This document shows, piece by piece, positions 1 through 13,655 of a stretch of 64,000 nt of DNA (its first letter is position 1; every line of letters begins with the position of its first letter). This stretch comes from Mobula hypostoma (taxonomy: Eukaryota): positions 5,890,001 through 5,954,000 of the forward strand of contig NC_086108.1 in NCBI RefSeq assembly GCF_963921235.1. Direction: 5' to 3'. The notes below the pieces were generated by a model that saw only the letters and a program-made list of their open reading frames with translations, was not told where the DNA came from and searched no databases. The position numbers and the translations under genes were made by a program.

Positions 1-159
1 TTGATTTATAGAGAAAATTCCAAAAGCAGAAAGAATTTTGAATCTTAATATCTGAGTCAGAGTACCATCTTGCAAGTGTTTACTGTGGTGACTTGTTGAT
101 CTGAAAGGCTATTGTTTACGAATTTAAAAATTACAGATGACACCAAATCCCAACATTGA

Positions 160-745
160 AGTCTCAGTGGCCACCCATTTCAATTCTCCATCTACTTCCT
201 ATTCCCATTCTGACATGTCAGACCATTGTCTCCTCTCCTGCCACGATGAGGCCATGTTCAGGTTGAAGGAGCAACACCTTATATTCCATCTGGGTAGTCT
301 CCAACCTGATAGGATCAACATCGATTTCTAGTAATTGCAAATCCTCTTCTTCACCATTTCCCATTCCTGTTTCCCACTCTCACCTTATCTCCTTACCTGC
401 CCATCACCTCCCTCTGGTTCCCCCCCCCCTTCCTTTTCTTTCATGGTCTTCTATTCTCTCGTCAGGTTCCCCTTTCTCCAGTCCTTTATCTTTCACCAAC
501 CAACTTTCCAGCTCTTTACTTCACCCCTCCCTCTCTCCATTTCTCCTATCACCTCGTACTTCTTCTTCCCCTTCCCCTACCTCATACTCTGACTTCTTCC
601 CCCTTCCTTTCCAGTCCTGAAGAAGGGTCTCATCCCAAAACATCGACTGTTTACTTTTTCATAGATGCTCTGATTTGCTGAGTTCCTCCAACATTTTGTG
701 TTTGTTGCTCTGGATTTCCAGCATCTGCATGTTTTCTCGTGTTTG
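160..745 (+). mobile_element. Penelope-like element (PLE) 3' fragment: GIY-YIG C-terminus, pyrimidine-rich UTR, decayed hammerhead tail
   Basis: Translates as EAMFRLKEQHLIFHLGSLQPDRINIDF, matching the end of the GIY-YIG-bearing copies at 18.9 and 25.2 kb; cagtcCTGAAGAagggtct..aaacatcgactg at 612-649. Confidence 0.75.
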
Positions 746-1496
746 TGGTCTCCAGTTCGACTGGGATTCCAGTGTTCATTTTCCAGGTTATGTGTCTACC
801 CCCAGACTGGAACGAATACAAGGAATTTGAGTACAGAAGGGCTTTAGTGCTGACTACACTTGATATATTGTTCTCAGTGTGTTACGTGAAGGTGACAGAG
901 GAATGGGGATGGGAACTTGCCGTACAGCTCTCGAACCTGCTCCATCATTCAATAAGATCATGGCAGATCCGATCTTGGTCTCAGCTCTATCTTCCTGCCC
1001 ACCTGATTCCTCTTAAAATGATTGCCCTGTAATCCAAATATCTATCTCAGCCTCAGATACACTCATTGATAATAACCTTTACATTTCTCTGGGGTACAAA
1101 ACGTAGAACAGTAGCACAAAGGAATAGGCCCTTCAGCCCACAATGTTGTGCTGACCCAATTAGTAATCAAATGGCCAACTAATCCCTTCTGCTCACACAA
1201 TGTTCATATGCTTTCGTTTCCCTCACATTCATGTGTCTATCTAAACATCTGTTAAAGTCCCTAATGTTTCTGCCTCTACCAACATCCCAGGCAGTGCAGT
1301 AAAGTCACTCACCACACTCTGTGTAAAACAATATGCCCCTCACATCTCCTTTAAAATGACCCCCTCTCACCTTCAATGTAAGCCCTCTGGTTTTAAACAT
1401 TTCAACCCTGGGGGAAAGATACTCCCTGTCTACTCCATCTATGTCTCTCATAACCTTATAAACCTCTATCAGATCTCCCCTCAGCCTCCACCACTC

Positions 1497-1980
1497 ACCT
1501 ACCTACTAGAAAGATGTAAATAGGGTTGAAAGAATACAGAGAAAATTTACAAGGATGTTGCCTCTGGAGATCCTGAGTTATAAGGAAAGATTGAATAGGT
1601 TAGGACTTTATTCCTTGGAATGTAGAAGATTGAGAGGAGATATGATGGAGTTATTCAAAATTCGGAGGGTTATAGATGGGGTAAATATTAGTAGGCTTTT
1701 TCCACTGAGGTTGGGTGGGACTACAACCAGAGGTCATGGGTTAAGGGTGAAAGGTGAACATGAGGGGAAACTTCACTCAGAGGGTGGTTAGAGAGTGTGG
1801 AACAAGCTGCCAGGACAAGTGGTGCATGCAAGCTCGATTTCAACATTGAGACACAGTTTGGATAGTAGGGATATGAAGGAAAATGGTCGTGGTGCAGGTC
1901 AATAGGAGTAGGCAGCTTAAATAGTTTTGGCATGGTCTAAATGGGCTGAATGGCTTGTTTTTGTGCTGTAGTTTTCTATA
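1497..1980 (+). mobile_element. CR1 LINE ORF2 3' fragment (an opposite-strand CR1 3' end lies at ~1100-1495)
   Basis: LSYKERLNRLGLYSLECRRLRGD...TRGHGLRV, the typical CR1 C-terminus. Confidence 0.85.
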
Positions 1981-2714
1981 ATTCTAATATAATCCAAGTT
2001 TGTCCAACCTCTCGCTGTATCACATGCCCTCTAATCCAGGTAGCATCCTGGCAATGCACAAAATGGTGGAGGAACTCAGCAGGTCAGGCAGCACCTATGA
2101 AAGTGAATAAACAGTTGATATTTCAAGCTGATACCCTTCTTCAGGACTGGACAGGAAAGGGAGGAAACATCAGGTTAAAAAAGTCCGGCGAGGGGAAGGA
2201 AGGACAGCTAGAAGCCTGGTGGGTGGGAAAGATAAAGGGTCGACCAGAACTGCATGCAATACTTAAAAGCAGATATTGTGAAAACAGTAAAAATAAAACT
2301 AATTCAGATGAAGGGAGAGAAATCAACCCATGTTTGTCCAACCTCTCGTTGTAGCACATGCCTTCTAATCCAGGCAGCATCCTGGTAAACCTGACCTGCA
2401 TTCTCAACAAAGCCTCAACATTCTTCCTATAGTGGGGTGACCAGAACTGTCAAAAATCATAACGTTCTGAAAGAAATGCCTCCTCGTCATCATCTTAAAT
2501 GAATAATCCCTTAATCCATAACTGTTATATCTAGTTCTAGACTCTCCCATGAGGGGAAACAGTTTTTCTACATCTACCACATCAAAACTCCCTAGAATCT
2601 AAAACATTTTAATAAAAAACCCTTCTCACTTTCCTAAAGACCATAAGATATAGGAGCAGATTAGGACATTTAGTCTATCGGGTCTGCTCCGCCACTTAAT
2701 CGTGGCTTATTGGT

Positions 2715-3105
2715 TTGTTCATTCATTATGTGTCGTGTCGTATGACGTGGGCGATCATGGGCTTTCCATGACCATGATTGTTCTTGGCAAATTTTTCTAC
2801 GGAAGTGCTTTGCCATTGCCGCCTTCTGGGCAGTGTCTTTACAAGATGGGTGACCCTGCCATTATCAACACTCTTCACAGATTGTCTGCCTGGTGTCAGT
2901 GGTCACATAACCAGGACTTGTGATCTGCACCAGCTGCTCATACGACCATCCACCACCTGCTCCCATGGCCTCATGTGACCATGATCTGGGCGGGGGGGGG
3001 CAAACTGGGTGCTACACCTTGCCCAAGGGTGACATGCAGGCTAGCGGAGGGATGGAGCACCTTACATCATCTTTAGTAGAGGCATATCTCCACCCCGCCA
3101 CCCTA
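2715..3105 (-). mobile_element. Non-autonomous retroposon-like repeat inserted in a CR1 remnant; other copies at ~5265-5645 and ~21875-22290
   Basis: Three similar ~390 bp copies; the other two end in (GAT/CAT)n-like tails; family not identified. Confidence 0.55.
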
Positions 3106-4696
3106 GGCTGATTTAATTATCCCTCTCAATCGCATTCTCCTGCTTTCTCCCCATAACCTTTGATACCCTGACTAATCAAGAACCTATCAACCTCTGCTTT
3201 AAATACATCCAATGACTTGGCCTCGACAGCCGTCTGTGGCAATAAATTCCACAGATTTGCCACCCTCTGACTGAAGAAATTCTTCCTCATCTCTGTCCTA
3301 AAGGGATGTTCTCCTATTCGGAGGCTGTGCCCTCTGGACCTAGACTCCCCACTACAGGAAATATCCTCTCCAACTTTACTTTATCTAGACCTTCCAATAT
3401 TTGATCCGTTTCAAGATTCGATAAACTACAATTGCCTCTACCTATCAATCATTTCTTGTAAAACAGTTGTGTTCTACCAGGAATCAACCATGTGAACCTT
3501 CTGTGAAATGCCTCCAAAGCAAGTTTGTCGCTCCTTGAGTAAAGAGAGTAGAGCTGGTCACTAGCTGAGGTCTCAACGTCCTGTACAGTTGCTGCAAGAT
3601 ATCTCTCCATTTACTCTCAGTGCCCTTTGCACCCAGGCACAAGAAAACTCTGCTCCATTCTATTTCATAGTCATGGAGTTGTATGGCACAGACACTGGCC
3701 CACTATGTCCTTGATGGCCTTTCTGCCCATCTACAATAATCCTATGTGCTCGCTTTAGAACCATATCTTACTCTGCTTTACCAATTCAAGTGCAAGTTCC
3801 TCTTACATACACTCGCGGCCTCATGAAGTGGCCACTGAGTGTATGTTCATGATCTGTAGCCCATCCACTGCAAGGTTCGATGTGTTGTGCATTCAGAGAT
3901 GCTCTTCTGCACACCATTGTTGTAATGTGTGGTTATTTGAGTTACTGTCACCTTCCTGTCAGCTTGAACCAGTCTGGCCATTCTCCTCTGACCTCTCTCA
4001 TTAAAAACCTGTTTCCCCCCACAGAACTGCTTCTCACTAGATCTCTGTAAACTCTGGAGCAGGGGTTCCCAACCATTTTTATGCCATAGTCCCCTACCAT
4101 TAGCCGAGGGGTTCGTGGAACCCAGGATGGGATCCCTCTCCAGGAGAATTCTGACTATTCACCTTAACTATATCAAATGCCTCAACCCTAGCTCCCAATG
4201 TTCGCCACCATCCCAAACAGAGATAATGATTCAGGCAAAGATACTTTGTTAGAGTTCTGACAAATAGTCTGACGTCTGAAATGTCAATACTATTTCTCTT
4301 TCTCTGAGGTTCTGACTGTTTCTGTTATCTCCAGTCTTATTTCAGACTTCCAACGTTGCTGTTTTTTGATTTTTCAGATCTGTAACTGCCTATATTGGGT
4401 AATTAGGACAGAGATGAGGAGGAATTTCTTTAGCCAAAGGATGGCAAATCTGTGGAATTCATTGCCACAGATGGCTGTGGAGGCCAAGTCACTGGGTATA
4501 CTTCACTGGGTATACTTAAAGCGGAGGCTGACAGGTTCTTGATTCGTGACAGCGTCAAAGGTTGCAGAAGAAGGTGGGAGAGTGGGGTTGAAAGGAATAT
4601 TAAATCAGCCATGATGAAATGGTGGAGCAGACTCAATGGGCCGAATGGCCTAATTCTGATCCTCTGTCTTATGGTCTATATACATGGAACACAGGG

Positions 4697-4980
4697 AGGC
4701 ACAGTAGCATAATGGTTAGCGCAACACATTACAGTACAGGTGAACTGGGTTCACTTCCCACCGCTGCCTGTGAAGAGTTTGTACATTTTCCTTCATGACA
4801 GTGAGGGTTTCCTCCGGGTGCTCCGGTTTCCTCCCACAATCCAAAGATGTACCAGTTGGTAGGTTAATTGGTCATTGTAGATTGTCCTGTGATTAGGCTG
4901 CGGTTAAATCAAAGGGTTGCTGGGCAGTGCAGTTTAGAGTGCCTATTCCGCACTGTATCTCAATAAATAAATAAATTAAA
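4697..4980 (+). mobile_element. tRNA-derived V-SINE (HE1-like); further copies at ~33090, 35975, 36960, 40905, 50070(-), 53690
   Basis: A/B-box-like head, then V-domain core GGGTTTCCTCCGGGTGCTCCGGTTTCCTCCCACA, then (AATA)n tail. Confidence 0.8.
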
Positions 4981-5834
4981 CAATTTCAGACTACAAGCAG
5001 TAAATAGAAGATATTGCACCTAAGATTCTCATTGTTTCCCTAAAGTTTTGATTCTGTGAACCGTTTATTACCCAGATAGATGACGAGTTGGGAACGTGTC
5101 TGTGAAACAGGTTCTCAGATGGCAGAAGATACCTTGCACCCTGCGGCAGCCGGCAGATCTATGCTGCCAGGCTCCCAAATGATTGATCATCTGTACAGAC
5201 TGTACACAAGTCAGGCATTTGTAGCCATGTTGGGATCGTGGTTTATAATTGCCTCATGTACCCTTGTATGTGGGTGGTGGGGTGGAGGTACCTCTCTACC
5301 AAAGGAGGTGTAAGGCACTCGCTCCCTCTGCTAGCCTGCAGGTCACCCTTGGGTAAGGAGTAGCACCTGCTTTACCACCCCACCCCCCCCCGATCAGGGT
5401 CACGTGAAGCCATGGGAGCAGGTGTCAGATGGTCGTATGAACAGCTATTCATATATCACGAGTCCTGGTTATGCGACCACTGACAATCTCTGAAGAGTAT
5501 TGATAATGGCTGGGGGGTCACCTGTCTTGTAAAGGCACTGCCCAGAAGGCAATGGAAAACCACTCTGTAGAAAAATTTGCCAAGGACAATCATGGTCATG
5601 GGATCATGGTTGCCTACGTCATACGTCACAGCACCTAATGATGATGATAACCCAGGTACGGTGAAAAACTTGTCTTACATACTGTCCAACTGTGCATTGA
5701 GGTAGTACAAGGTAACACAATAACAGAATGCAGAATGAAGCATTGTGGTACGTAGAAAGCACAGTGCAGATAGACAATATGGTGGAGGATCATAATGAGG
5801 TAGATGGTGATATCAAGAGTCCATCTTATCATAC

Positions 5835-6330
5835 TAGTTATGTTGCTGACATTTAGGGCAGCAATGAGGATCCTCCATCTCTGTCCTTGGTCATCTTCTC
5901 TATTGTGCTCCAAATATAGTTCAGGATCCTCATTTCTGCCTCTACGGTACGGTGCTGAGTTGTCTTTGGTCTCCTGTGTTTCCTCCGCCCTTCAGGGATC
6001 CAATAAAGTGCAGTCTTGATGATGGAATTGGCCTCTCTTCTCATCTTGTGCCCAATCCATCTTCAGCATTTCCTCGTGGTGGTTGTGGCTGTGTCCTTTT
6101 GGTGACACTGAAGGAGTAGGGCATAGTTGGAGATCTTTCTTGGCCAGAAAATACAGAGGATCTTCCAGAGGGTCTTGGTGTGGAATGACAAGGTCACTCT
6201 CTGACAAGCTTTGCAAGGTCACTCCCTGTCATGCACCAGCATTCTGACCTGTACAAGAGTGTGGACAGAACACCTTCACCTTGGAGTGGACGCTGTACTT
6301 GGTTGATCACCACATGTTGCTCATTGATCC
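5835..6330 (-). mobile_element. RTE-clade LINE 3' remnant
   Basis: KTALYWIPEGRRKHRRPKTT..RTVEAEM..KDRDG resembles the RTE C-terminal W.P.G.R..GRP motif. Confidence 0.65.
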
Positions 6331-7291
6331 GAGGGTGTTTCCAACTTTGCCGAGTCTGCACTGGATACTAGATTCAACAGTCTTGTAACAGTGGGAGAGA
6401 AGATGTCCCTGAACCTGGTGGTATGTTCAAGAGAAGTTTGGATAGGTACATGGTTGGTAGCGGTATGGAGGGCCTTGGTCGATGGGAGTAGGTAGCATAC
6501 ATGTGGCCAAACTTCCCTTAAGTGTTGCAATCGAATTGCATTGATCACTTCCCCTGGCAGCTCATTCCACACTCGCACCACCCTCTGAGTGAAGAAGTGC
6601 CCCTCAGGTTCCCCTTAACCCATGACCTCAAATTCAAGTCTCACCTAATTTCTGTGGAAAAATCCTGCTTGCATTTACCCCACCTAAACCCGTCCTAATT
6701 TTTTCAACCTCCATCAAATCTCCCCGCATTCTCCTCTGCTCCAGGGAGTAAAGTCCCAGCCTACTCAATTTTGCCCCATTCCTCAGGTCTGCAAGTGCTG
6801 GCAATTTCCTTGTAAATTTTTGCTGTACTTTTTCAATCTTATTGATACTTTTCCTGTAAGTAGGTGATCAGAACTGCATACAATATTCTAAATGTGGCCA
6901 TTCCAACATCTTACACAACCTCAACATAACATCCCAAATCTTGTACTCAGTACTCTGATTATATGAAAGCCAATCTACCAAAAGCTCTTTGTGATCCTCT
7001 CTATCTGTGTATATATTCTAGGCCTCACTCTGCGCTCGGGTACAGCACCACCCAGAGCTCTCTCGTTACACTCTGTTGCAACCTGAGAACTGCTGTCTTT
7101 GTTCATGAGCTGTGTGGTTTTGGTAAGGTGTGGTTCTGTTATGCAGGCAGAGAATAAGACGGGAATAGAAGGTCTGGTAGGTAAGGCACACAGACCGCTT
7201 AGACTAGACATGTTGAAAGACTGTGGCCATGTTGGGTCTGGAATAAACTATAACCACTAGGCCCCAATCTGACTTAAGCCTGATCTATATT

Positions 7292-7825
7292 CAGTGGCCA
7301 CTTTATTAGGTACACCTGTGCGCCTGCTCGTTAATGCAAATATCTAATCAGCCAATCATGTGGCAGCAGTTCAGTGCATTAAAGCATGCCTACATGGTCA
7401 AGAGGTTCAGCTGTTGTTCAGACCAAACTTCTGAATAGGGAAGAAATGTTTTCTTAAGTGATGTTAACTGTGAAACGATTGTTGGTGCCAGACAGGGTGG
7501 TTTGAGTATCTCAGAAACTGCTGAATTCCTGGGATTTTCATGCAGAGCAGGGGTACCCAACCAGGAGTCTACAGACCCCTTGTTTAATGGTATTGGGAAC
7601 CCCTGAGAATGGCGCGAGGAACAAAAACTTCCAGTGAGTGGGAGTTCTGTGGGTGAAAATGCCTTTTTAATGAGAGAGATCAGAGGAAAATGGCCAGAAT
7701 GGTTCAAACTGACAGGAAGGCATCAGTATTTAGATCACCACACATTACAACAGTGGGGTGTAGAAGACAGTCTCTGAACATACGGCATGTTGGGCCTTGA
7801 GGTGGATGGGCTACTGTAACAGGAG
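7292..7825 (+). mobile_element. Tc1/mariner-like non-autonomous element, partial (related piece at ~3830-4050)
   Basis: Begins CAGTGGCCACTTTATTAGGTACACC, a Tc1-like terminus; homologous inverted piece at 3.9 kb. Confidence 0.55.
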
Positions 7826-8594
7826 ACTGGGTGGGACTACAACCAGAGGTCATGGGTTAAGGGTGAAAGGTGAAAAGCTTAAGGGGAACACGAGGGAAAC
7901 TTCTTCACTCAGTGGTTGGTGAGTGTGTGGAACGAGCTACCAGCTTGAGTGGTGCATGTGAGCTTGATTTCAACGTTTAAGAGAAGTTTGGATAGATACG
8001 TGGATGGTAGGGGGATGGAGGGCTATGATCCCAGTGAAGGTTGATGGGAGTAGACAGTTTAAATAGTTTGGCACAGACTAGATGGGCTGAAAGTCCTGTT
8101 TCTGTGCTTTACTTTTCTGTGACTCTATGTGCTCCAGACTTTTGTATCTCCTGCTCAGCAGGATGCAGGGGGGTGGGGGGGTAGTGTAAGTTGGAGGGGA
8201 AGAAGGGAAGAATGTCTGGTTGGGGCCTTTGATTACGATAGCTGCTTTACCAAGACAGCGAGAATTATAGACAGAATCCATAGAGGGGAGGCTGGTTTCT
8301 GTGATTTACTGAGTGGTGTCTACAACTCTCTGCAGTTTCTTGCACTCACGGGCAAAGCACTTGCCAAGGCACGATGCGTCCAGATAAAATGTTCTTCATG
8401 GTGCATCAATAAAAATTGAGGAGGGTCAAAGGGGACAATGCAAATTTCTTTAGCCTTCCCTCTGGCTGCTTCCATTAAGATTAAATAATTGAAAGGTTGT
8501 TTTATGTAGAGAAGCTTGGTATGGTGTGCTTAGCTTATCAGCCGAGGCATTGAGCATAGAAATTGAGACGTCACATTACAGTTACATAAACTCT

Positions 8595-9235
8595 TGGTTA
8601 GTATGCACTTAGGTCAATCAGCATTCACTTTGAGAGGACTAAAATATAAAAACAAGGATATAATGCTGAGGCTTTATAAGACACTGGTGAGGCCTCACTT
8701 GGAGTACTGTGAGCAGATTTGGGCCCCTTATCTAAGAAACGATGTGCTGACATTGGAGAGGGTTCAGAGCAGGTTCATGAGAATGATTCCAGGATTGAAA
8801 GGCTTGTCATATGAGGAGTGTTTGATGACTCTGGGCCTGTACTCACTGGAATTCAGAAGAATGAAGGATGACCTCATTGAATCCTATCAGATGTTGAAAG
8901 GACTAATTAGAGTGCATGTGGGGAGGATGTTTCTAATAGTGGGAGAGTCTAGAACCAGAGGATACAGCCTCAGGGTAGAGGGGACTTCCATTTAGAATGG
9001 AAATGAGGAGGAATTTCTTTAGCCAAAGTGGTGAATCAGAAGGCTGTGGAAGCCAAGTCTTTGGGTGTATTTAAAGCAGAGTTTGATAGATTCTTGATTA
9101 GTCAGGGCATGACGGGTTATGGGGAGAAAGAAAGAGACTGGGGCTGAGAGGGAAAATGGATCAGCCATGATGAAATGTCAGAACAGACTCAATGGGCTGA
9201 ATGGCCTAATTCTGCTCCTATAGATTATGGTCTTC
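8595..9235 (+). mobile_element. CR1 LINE 3' fragment
   Basis: LYKTLVRPHLEYCEQIWAPYL..LERVQSRFMRMIPGLKGLSYEE. Confidence 0.9.
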
Positions 9236-9594
9236 CAGTCGTGTGCCTATTGCATGTAGTTCTGGTCACCACACTGTAGGAAGAATGTGATCGAATTAGG
9301 AAGGGTGCAGGAATGACTCACAGGAATACTGCCTAACTGGAAGGCTCGAGTCACCAACAGTGATTGGTTATGACTGTTTTCCTGGAGTAAAGAGGGTGAG
9401 TGATGATTTTAGAGTCAGAGGGTCACAGAAAACTACAGCAAAGAAAAAGGCCCTTCAGGCCATCTACTCTGTGCAGAAACATTTAAACTGCCCACTCCCA
9501 TTGACCTGCACCAGGACCATAGCCCTCAATACCCCTACCATCCATGTACCTATCCAAACTTCTCTGAAATGTTAAAATCGAGCTGGTATGCACC

Positions 9595-10000
9595 ACCATC
9601 ATGGCTGATCCATTTCCCTCTCAGCCCCATTCTCCTGCCTTCTCCCCATATCCCTTCACGCCCTGACTAATCAAGAATCTACCTCCCTCTGCCTTAAATA
9701 TACCCAGTGACTTGGTCTACACAGCTGCCTGTGGCAACGAACTTCACAGACTCACCACCCCCTGGCTAAAGAAATTCCTCCTCATCTCTGTTCTAAATGG
9801 ACCTCCTTCTAGTTTGAGGCTGTCCCCTCTGGTGTTATACTCCCCTACTATAGGAAACATCCTCTCCACATCCACTCTATCTGTGTCCTCTGGTGTTATA
9901 CTCCCCCACTGTAGGAAACATCCTCTCCACATCCACTCTATCGAGGCCTTTCAACATTTGCTAGGTTTCAACAATCCACACCTAATTCTTCTGAATTTAG
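9595..10000 (-). mobile_element. CR1 3' fragment with an internal ~59 bp tandem duplication
   Basis: VERMFPIVGE..TRG..FRTEMRRNFFSQ; 9823-9940 consists of two near-identical copies. Confidence 0.8.
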
Positions 10001-10668
10001 AGTGTTTGTTCTTGCTGATTTAAGTTTGTTTGGTTTCCAAGTCACTGTGCCATGTGTAAATTGCAAATCAATTGTCAAATGAATGTTTATTTTTAATATT
10101 ATAGTGTTAAACAATAAACAATAAAGGTTCATCAGTATTGAAGCACTCTGCTGTCACTTGAAGATTGCTTTCTAGTCACCTACAGGCTTAACACTGATGC
10201 CCAGAACGAACTAGTCTACAAATCAGTGAATTGGAATGAATTGATGACAGTGGAAGTAGACAGACTGATTGCCTTTGTTCTTGCCACGAGGAAGGAGATG
10301 GAGGCGGCCATTTTATGAAGAGACTCTGTGTTCTCCATTTTATTTGGCTGGATTCACAGCGATGCTCCGGGTAACCTGCTGAACTAGGGATCATTTCCAA
10401 ATAAGGAGTTATTTATGAGGTGTTCTTTAGTTGGATATAACATGCAAGTTTGTGAATGTTGGTCTGTATTTGCCCTGTGTGATTCAAATTGGTTACTGAT
10501 TGAGAACAAAGAGCCATAGATTACCAATCGTCACTTGCTGGGATGAGGGCAATAGATGGATGCTGGATGGAGCAGAGCCAATAAAAAGATATTAAGGGTC
10601 AATCGGGTGACACTGGAATGTTTTTAATTGGTAAGGAGAGGATGTAAAGCAGATGTTTTGTGTGCGTT

Positions 10669-10820
10669 ATGAGCGGTAACTTCGAAGAACAACCATCGCA
10701 GCCACAAGAGTGAACGACCCTATGTGGAACATGTGGAGAGAGTGAATCGGGACTACGAGGAACGCCTGGCCAGTGTAAACTCTGCTGCCTTCTGCTTTTT
10801 TGACTATTCAGGAGCACCAG
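10669..10820 (+). other. Candidate host exon in non-repetitive, CpG-rich sequence (unassigned)
   Basis: Open frame 10673-10820 (..SERPYVEHVERVNRDYEERLASVNSAAFCFFDYSGAP) ends at donor-like CAG|GTAAAC; 8 CpGs in ~110 bp; no in-frame ATG or strong acceptor. Confidence 0.35.
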
Positions 10821-11639
10821 GTAAACTTAGCAAGTGGGCACTCAGGCACTTGGTATATAAATTCACATACTTGTTAGTTTAGACTATAAAGGTACTCGTC
10901 AATAAGAACAGATTCTCTCTGCATCTCCATGGTCATGACTACACGGGGTGATTTAACACCGTGACACAAGTGAGTTGAAAAGGAGAGTAGTCACAATTTG
11001 AGATGTAATCTGATTCAAATACAGCACTGCCAGAAGCTGCTTTGTATTCTTAATCAGTCTCATATTCTTCAATTCAATTCCAGTCTAATTGTCACTCAAC
11101 CATACACGTATACAGCCAAGTGAAACAGTGTTATTCTGGGGTCAAGCTGCAAAACACCGTACCGACAGTCACACACAGCACAAAGCACACCCAAGATGGC
11201 AAGCACAAACAGTATAATAATCACACTATAAAAGAGTCAAAAACTCACGCCGTCAATCGACCTTCGATCACAGTAGAGCCCGTCTCCTGCTGCATGAACA
11301 CTGGAGAGGGCAGCACTGACTCTAGTCTGGACACTGGGCCATTTTGCCCCCATGCAGCACACTGGCCCCAATGCCCTGCACCCCACCCCCAGACAATGCT
11401 GCAGCCCTTGCACATATAACACAACAAGCACATGCAGAGTATCAGTAAAATGCAACACAGAATTTAGATGTATACAGCCCAGAACCCTCCCCCCAGCCCA
11501 TTGAAATCATCAATTAGTTCAGCAGTGGCCTGTGATTTTTTTTTTCTTTTAGTCTTTGTCAGAACACTGAGATGTATTTACTGGATACACAGTTAGGTAT
11601 TCTCTCTCTCTGCTCAATGATTCTTTTGTCTTCTAGTAT

Positions 11640-12020
11640 TACAGGACAATCTCTGGCAGTGTTCTGGGATCCTTCATCATGTCAGTAGCTTCCTCTCGGT
11701 TTTCACCTGGGACTTGCATGACTGACAGTAGTGGAGGCTCAGGAATACTGTCCCACTCAGATGTAGAAGGATTCTTCATCGCTGTTTCCATAACAATTTT
11801 GATTTACCAGTCAGGGTTGTTAACGCTGAAATGAATCTCCAAACCTGGAGGACCAGTGGACTACTCTTAGTCTGGCCTCTACCCTTTGACCTGTTTGCCA
11901 TGGGTGACCCTACCAAGAGCCAAAGCATAAAGCCCTGACTCCAGCGAGAATAGCTCTCTGGATCATTAAAGCATGCAAGCATCCAAACCCTACGACAAGA
12001 TTGTGGTCTACATGGAGGAA
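11640..12020 (-). mobile_element. RTE-derived non-autonomous repeat; copies at ~27575-27970 and ~43180-43510
   Basis: Three homologous copies, two with (TAAG)n tails; their 3' end matches the RTE remnant at 5.85 kb. Confidence 0.6.
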
Positions 12021-12371
12021 TCTTAAGCTGATCGGGACTTGTTGGCTGCTTGCTCTGCAGAACCTACTCTCTCCTTGCATCACAGGGGTCTGCAAAGAAA
12101 AGAGCCACCAGGACCATCATGGAGGCTGCTAGGTGAGCCTCCAGATACCTATGGATCAACAGGTGTGACCCGTGGACCAGTGCTGCTGGGACACAAGCCC
12201 GGTCTGATCAACCCTGGCTGGGTCACCTGGGTGAGGGTGTCTGATGTTGAAAAACCCAAAACACCTGATGACCCCCAGGTTACATCACTGATGATGTATC
12301 TGCGTGCATGTGTGTGTATGGTATTGTGTGGACACATCTGAGGGGGTGTAGACAGCGAGGAAAAGCATCAG

Positions 12372-13130
12372 ACGAGTGTGAGGCTTTGCACTTTGGTAGG
12401 ACCAACCCGGGTAGGTCTTACACAGTGAATGTTAGAGCACTGAGGAGCGTGGTAGATCAAATGGATTTGGGAATACAAGCCCATACTTCATTGAAAGTGG
12501 CTTCACAGGTAGATGGCGTTGTAAAGAAAGCTTTTGGCACATTGGCCTTCATAAATCAAAGTATTGAGATAGCAGATGGGATGTTATGTTGAAGTTGTAC
12601 AAGACATTGGTGAATCCTAATTTGGAGGTCTGTGTTCAGTTTTGGTCACCTACCTTCAGGAAAGATGTAAAGGACAGAGAAAAATTGCAAGGACATTGCT
12701 AGGAGTTATATGAAAAGATTGAATAAGTTAGGACTTTATTCATTAGAAGGTAGAAGACTGAGGGAAGATTTGATATAAGTATACAAAATTATGAGGGGTA
12801 TAGATAGGGTAAATGCAAGCAGGCTTTTTCCACTGAGGTTGGGTGGGGCTACAACTAGAGGTCATGGGTTAAGGGTGAAAGGTGAAAAGCTTAAGGGGAA
12901 CATGAGGGGAAACTTCTTCACTCAGAGTGTGGAACAAGCTGCCAACGCAAGTGGTGCATGTGAGCTTAATTTCAACGTTTAAGTGAAGTTTGGATAGGTA
13001 CGTGAATTGTAGTGGTAGGCTGGGCTATGGTCCCGGTGCAAATTGATGTGAACAGGCAGTTTAAATGGCTTTGGCATAGATTAGATGGGCTGAAGGGCCT
13101 GTTTCTGTGCTGTACGTTTCTATGATCTAA
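12372..13130 (+). mobile_element. CR1 LINE 3' fragment
   Basis: CEALHFGRTN..DLGIQ..SLKVASQV..VVKKAFGTLAFI; RGIDRVNASRLFP. Confidence 0.85.
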
Positions 13131-13269
13131 GATTCTAATTCTTTGTTCAATATGGAACTACAATGAAGGTCCAAGACGCATACATTTAAGGTGTTAGCCA
13201 AACTGATGCTGGTAATGAACTGGCAAATTGGAGGGTGTTAGAAACATGGGTTATGACCAAAGAAAAGGT

Positions 13270-13655
13270 CAGGGTTATTTTTGAATCTCTCTTCATCCAT
13301 TGCAGTGCAGGCTATGAGAGCTTTACCCGTCAGTAGTAGCACTAGCAAGCAGGCCCACTCCTCCTCCCCCCATTGCCATATCCAGACCATTCTCTCGAAC
13401 CTGAGGAGACAGTTCCCAATACCATCACCTTCTTGATAATAAAGCATCTTGGGACTTTTCCACAGGCTTTGGAGTTCCTTTCTAAAAGTATCACCTCTCC
13501 TCTGCTGGGCAGGCACAAAGTATCTGAACAGATTTCCCAGGGAGAGCTCCGAGGCACTGGGCTTGGACCCAGACTGAAGCTCTTCCTCCTCTGAGGTCTC
13601 CGTTGTTTCCCAGGAATATGCTTCATTTTCAGCCTCAGGGGCTTCCCTGACTCCA
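13270..13655 (-). mobile_element. Gypsy-type LTR retrotransposon gag fragment
   Basis: LLRFERMVWIWQWGEEEWACLLVLLLTGKALIACTAMD resembles the FER.A...W....W...L..LLTGKA gag motif of Gmr1-like gypsy elements. Confidence 0.65.

Noticed and set aside
4697..4775. tRNA gene
   Set aside because: Degenerate tRNA-like SINE head running into a V-domain; no convincing cloverleaf
10669..10803. Selenocysteine/readthrough of the TGA at 10711
   Set aside because: That frame hits another TGA at 10801 before the donor site; no SECIS evidence seen
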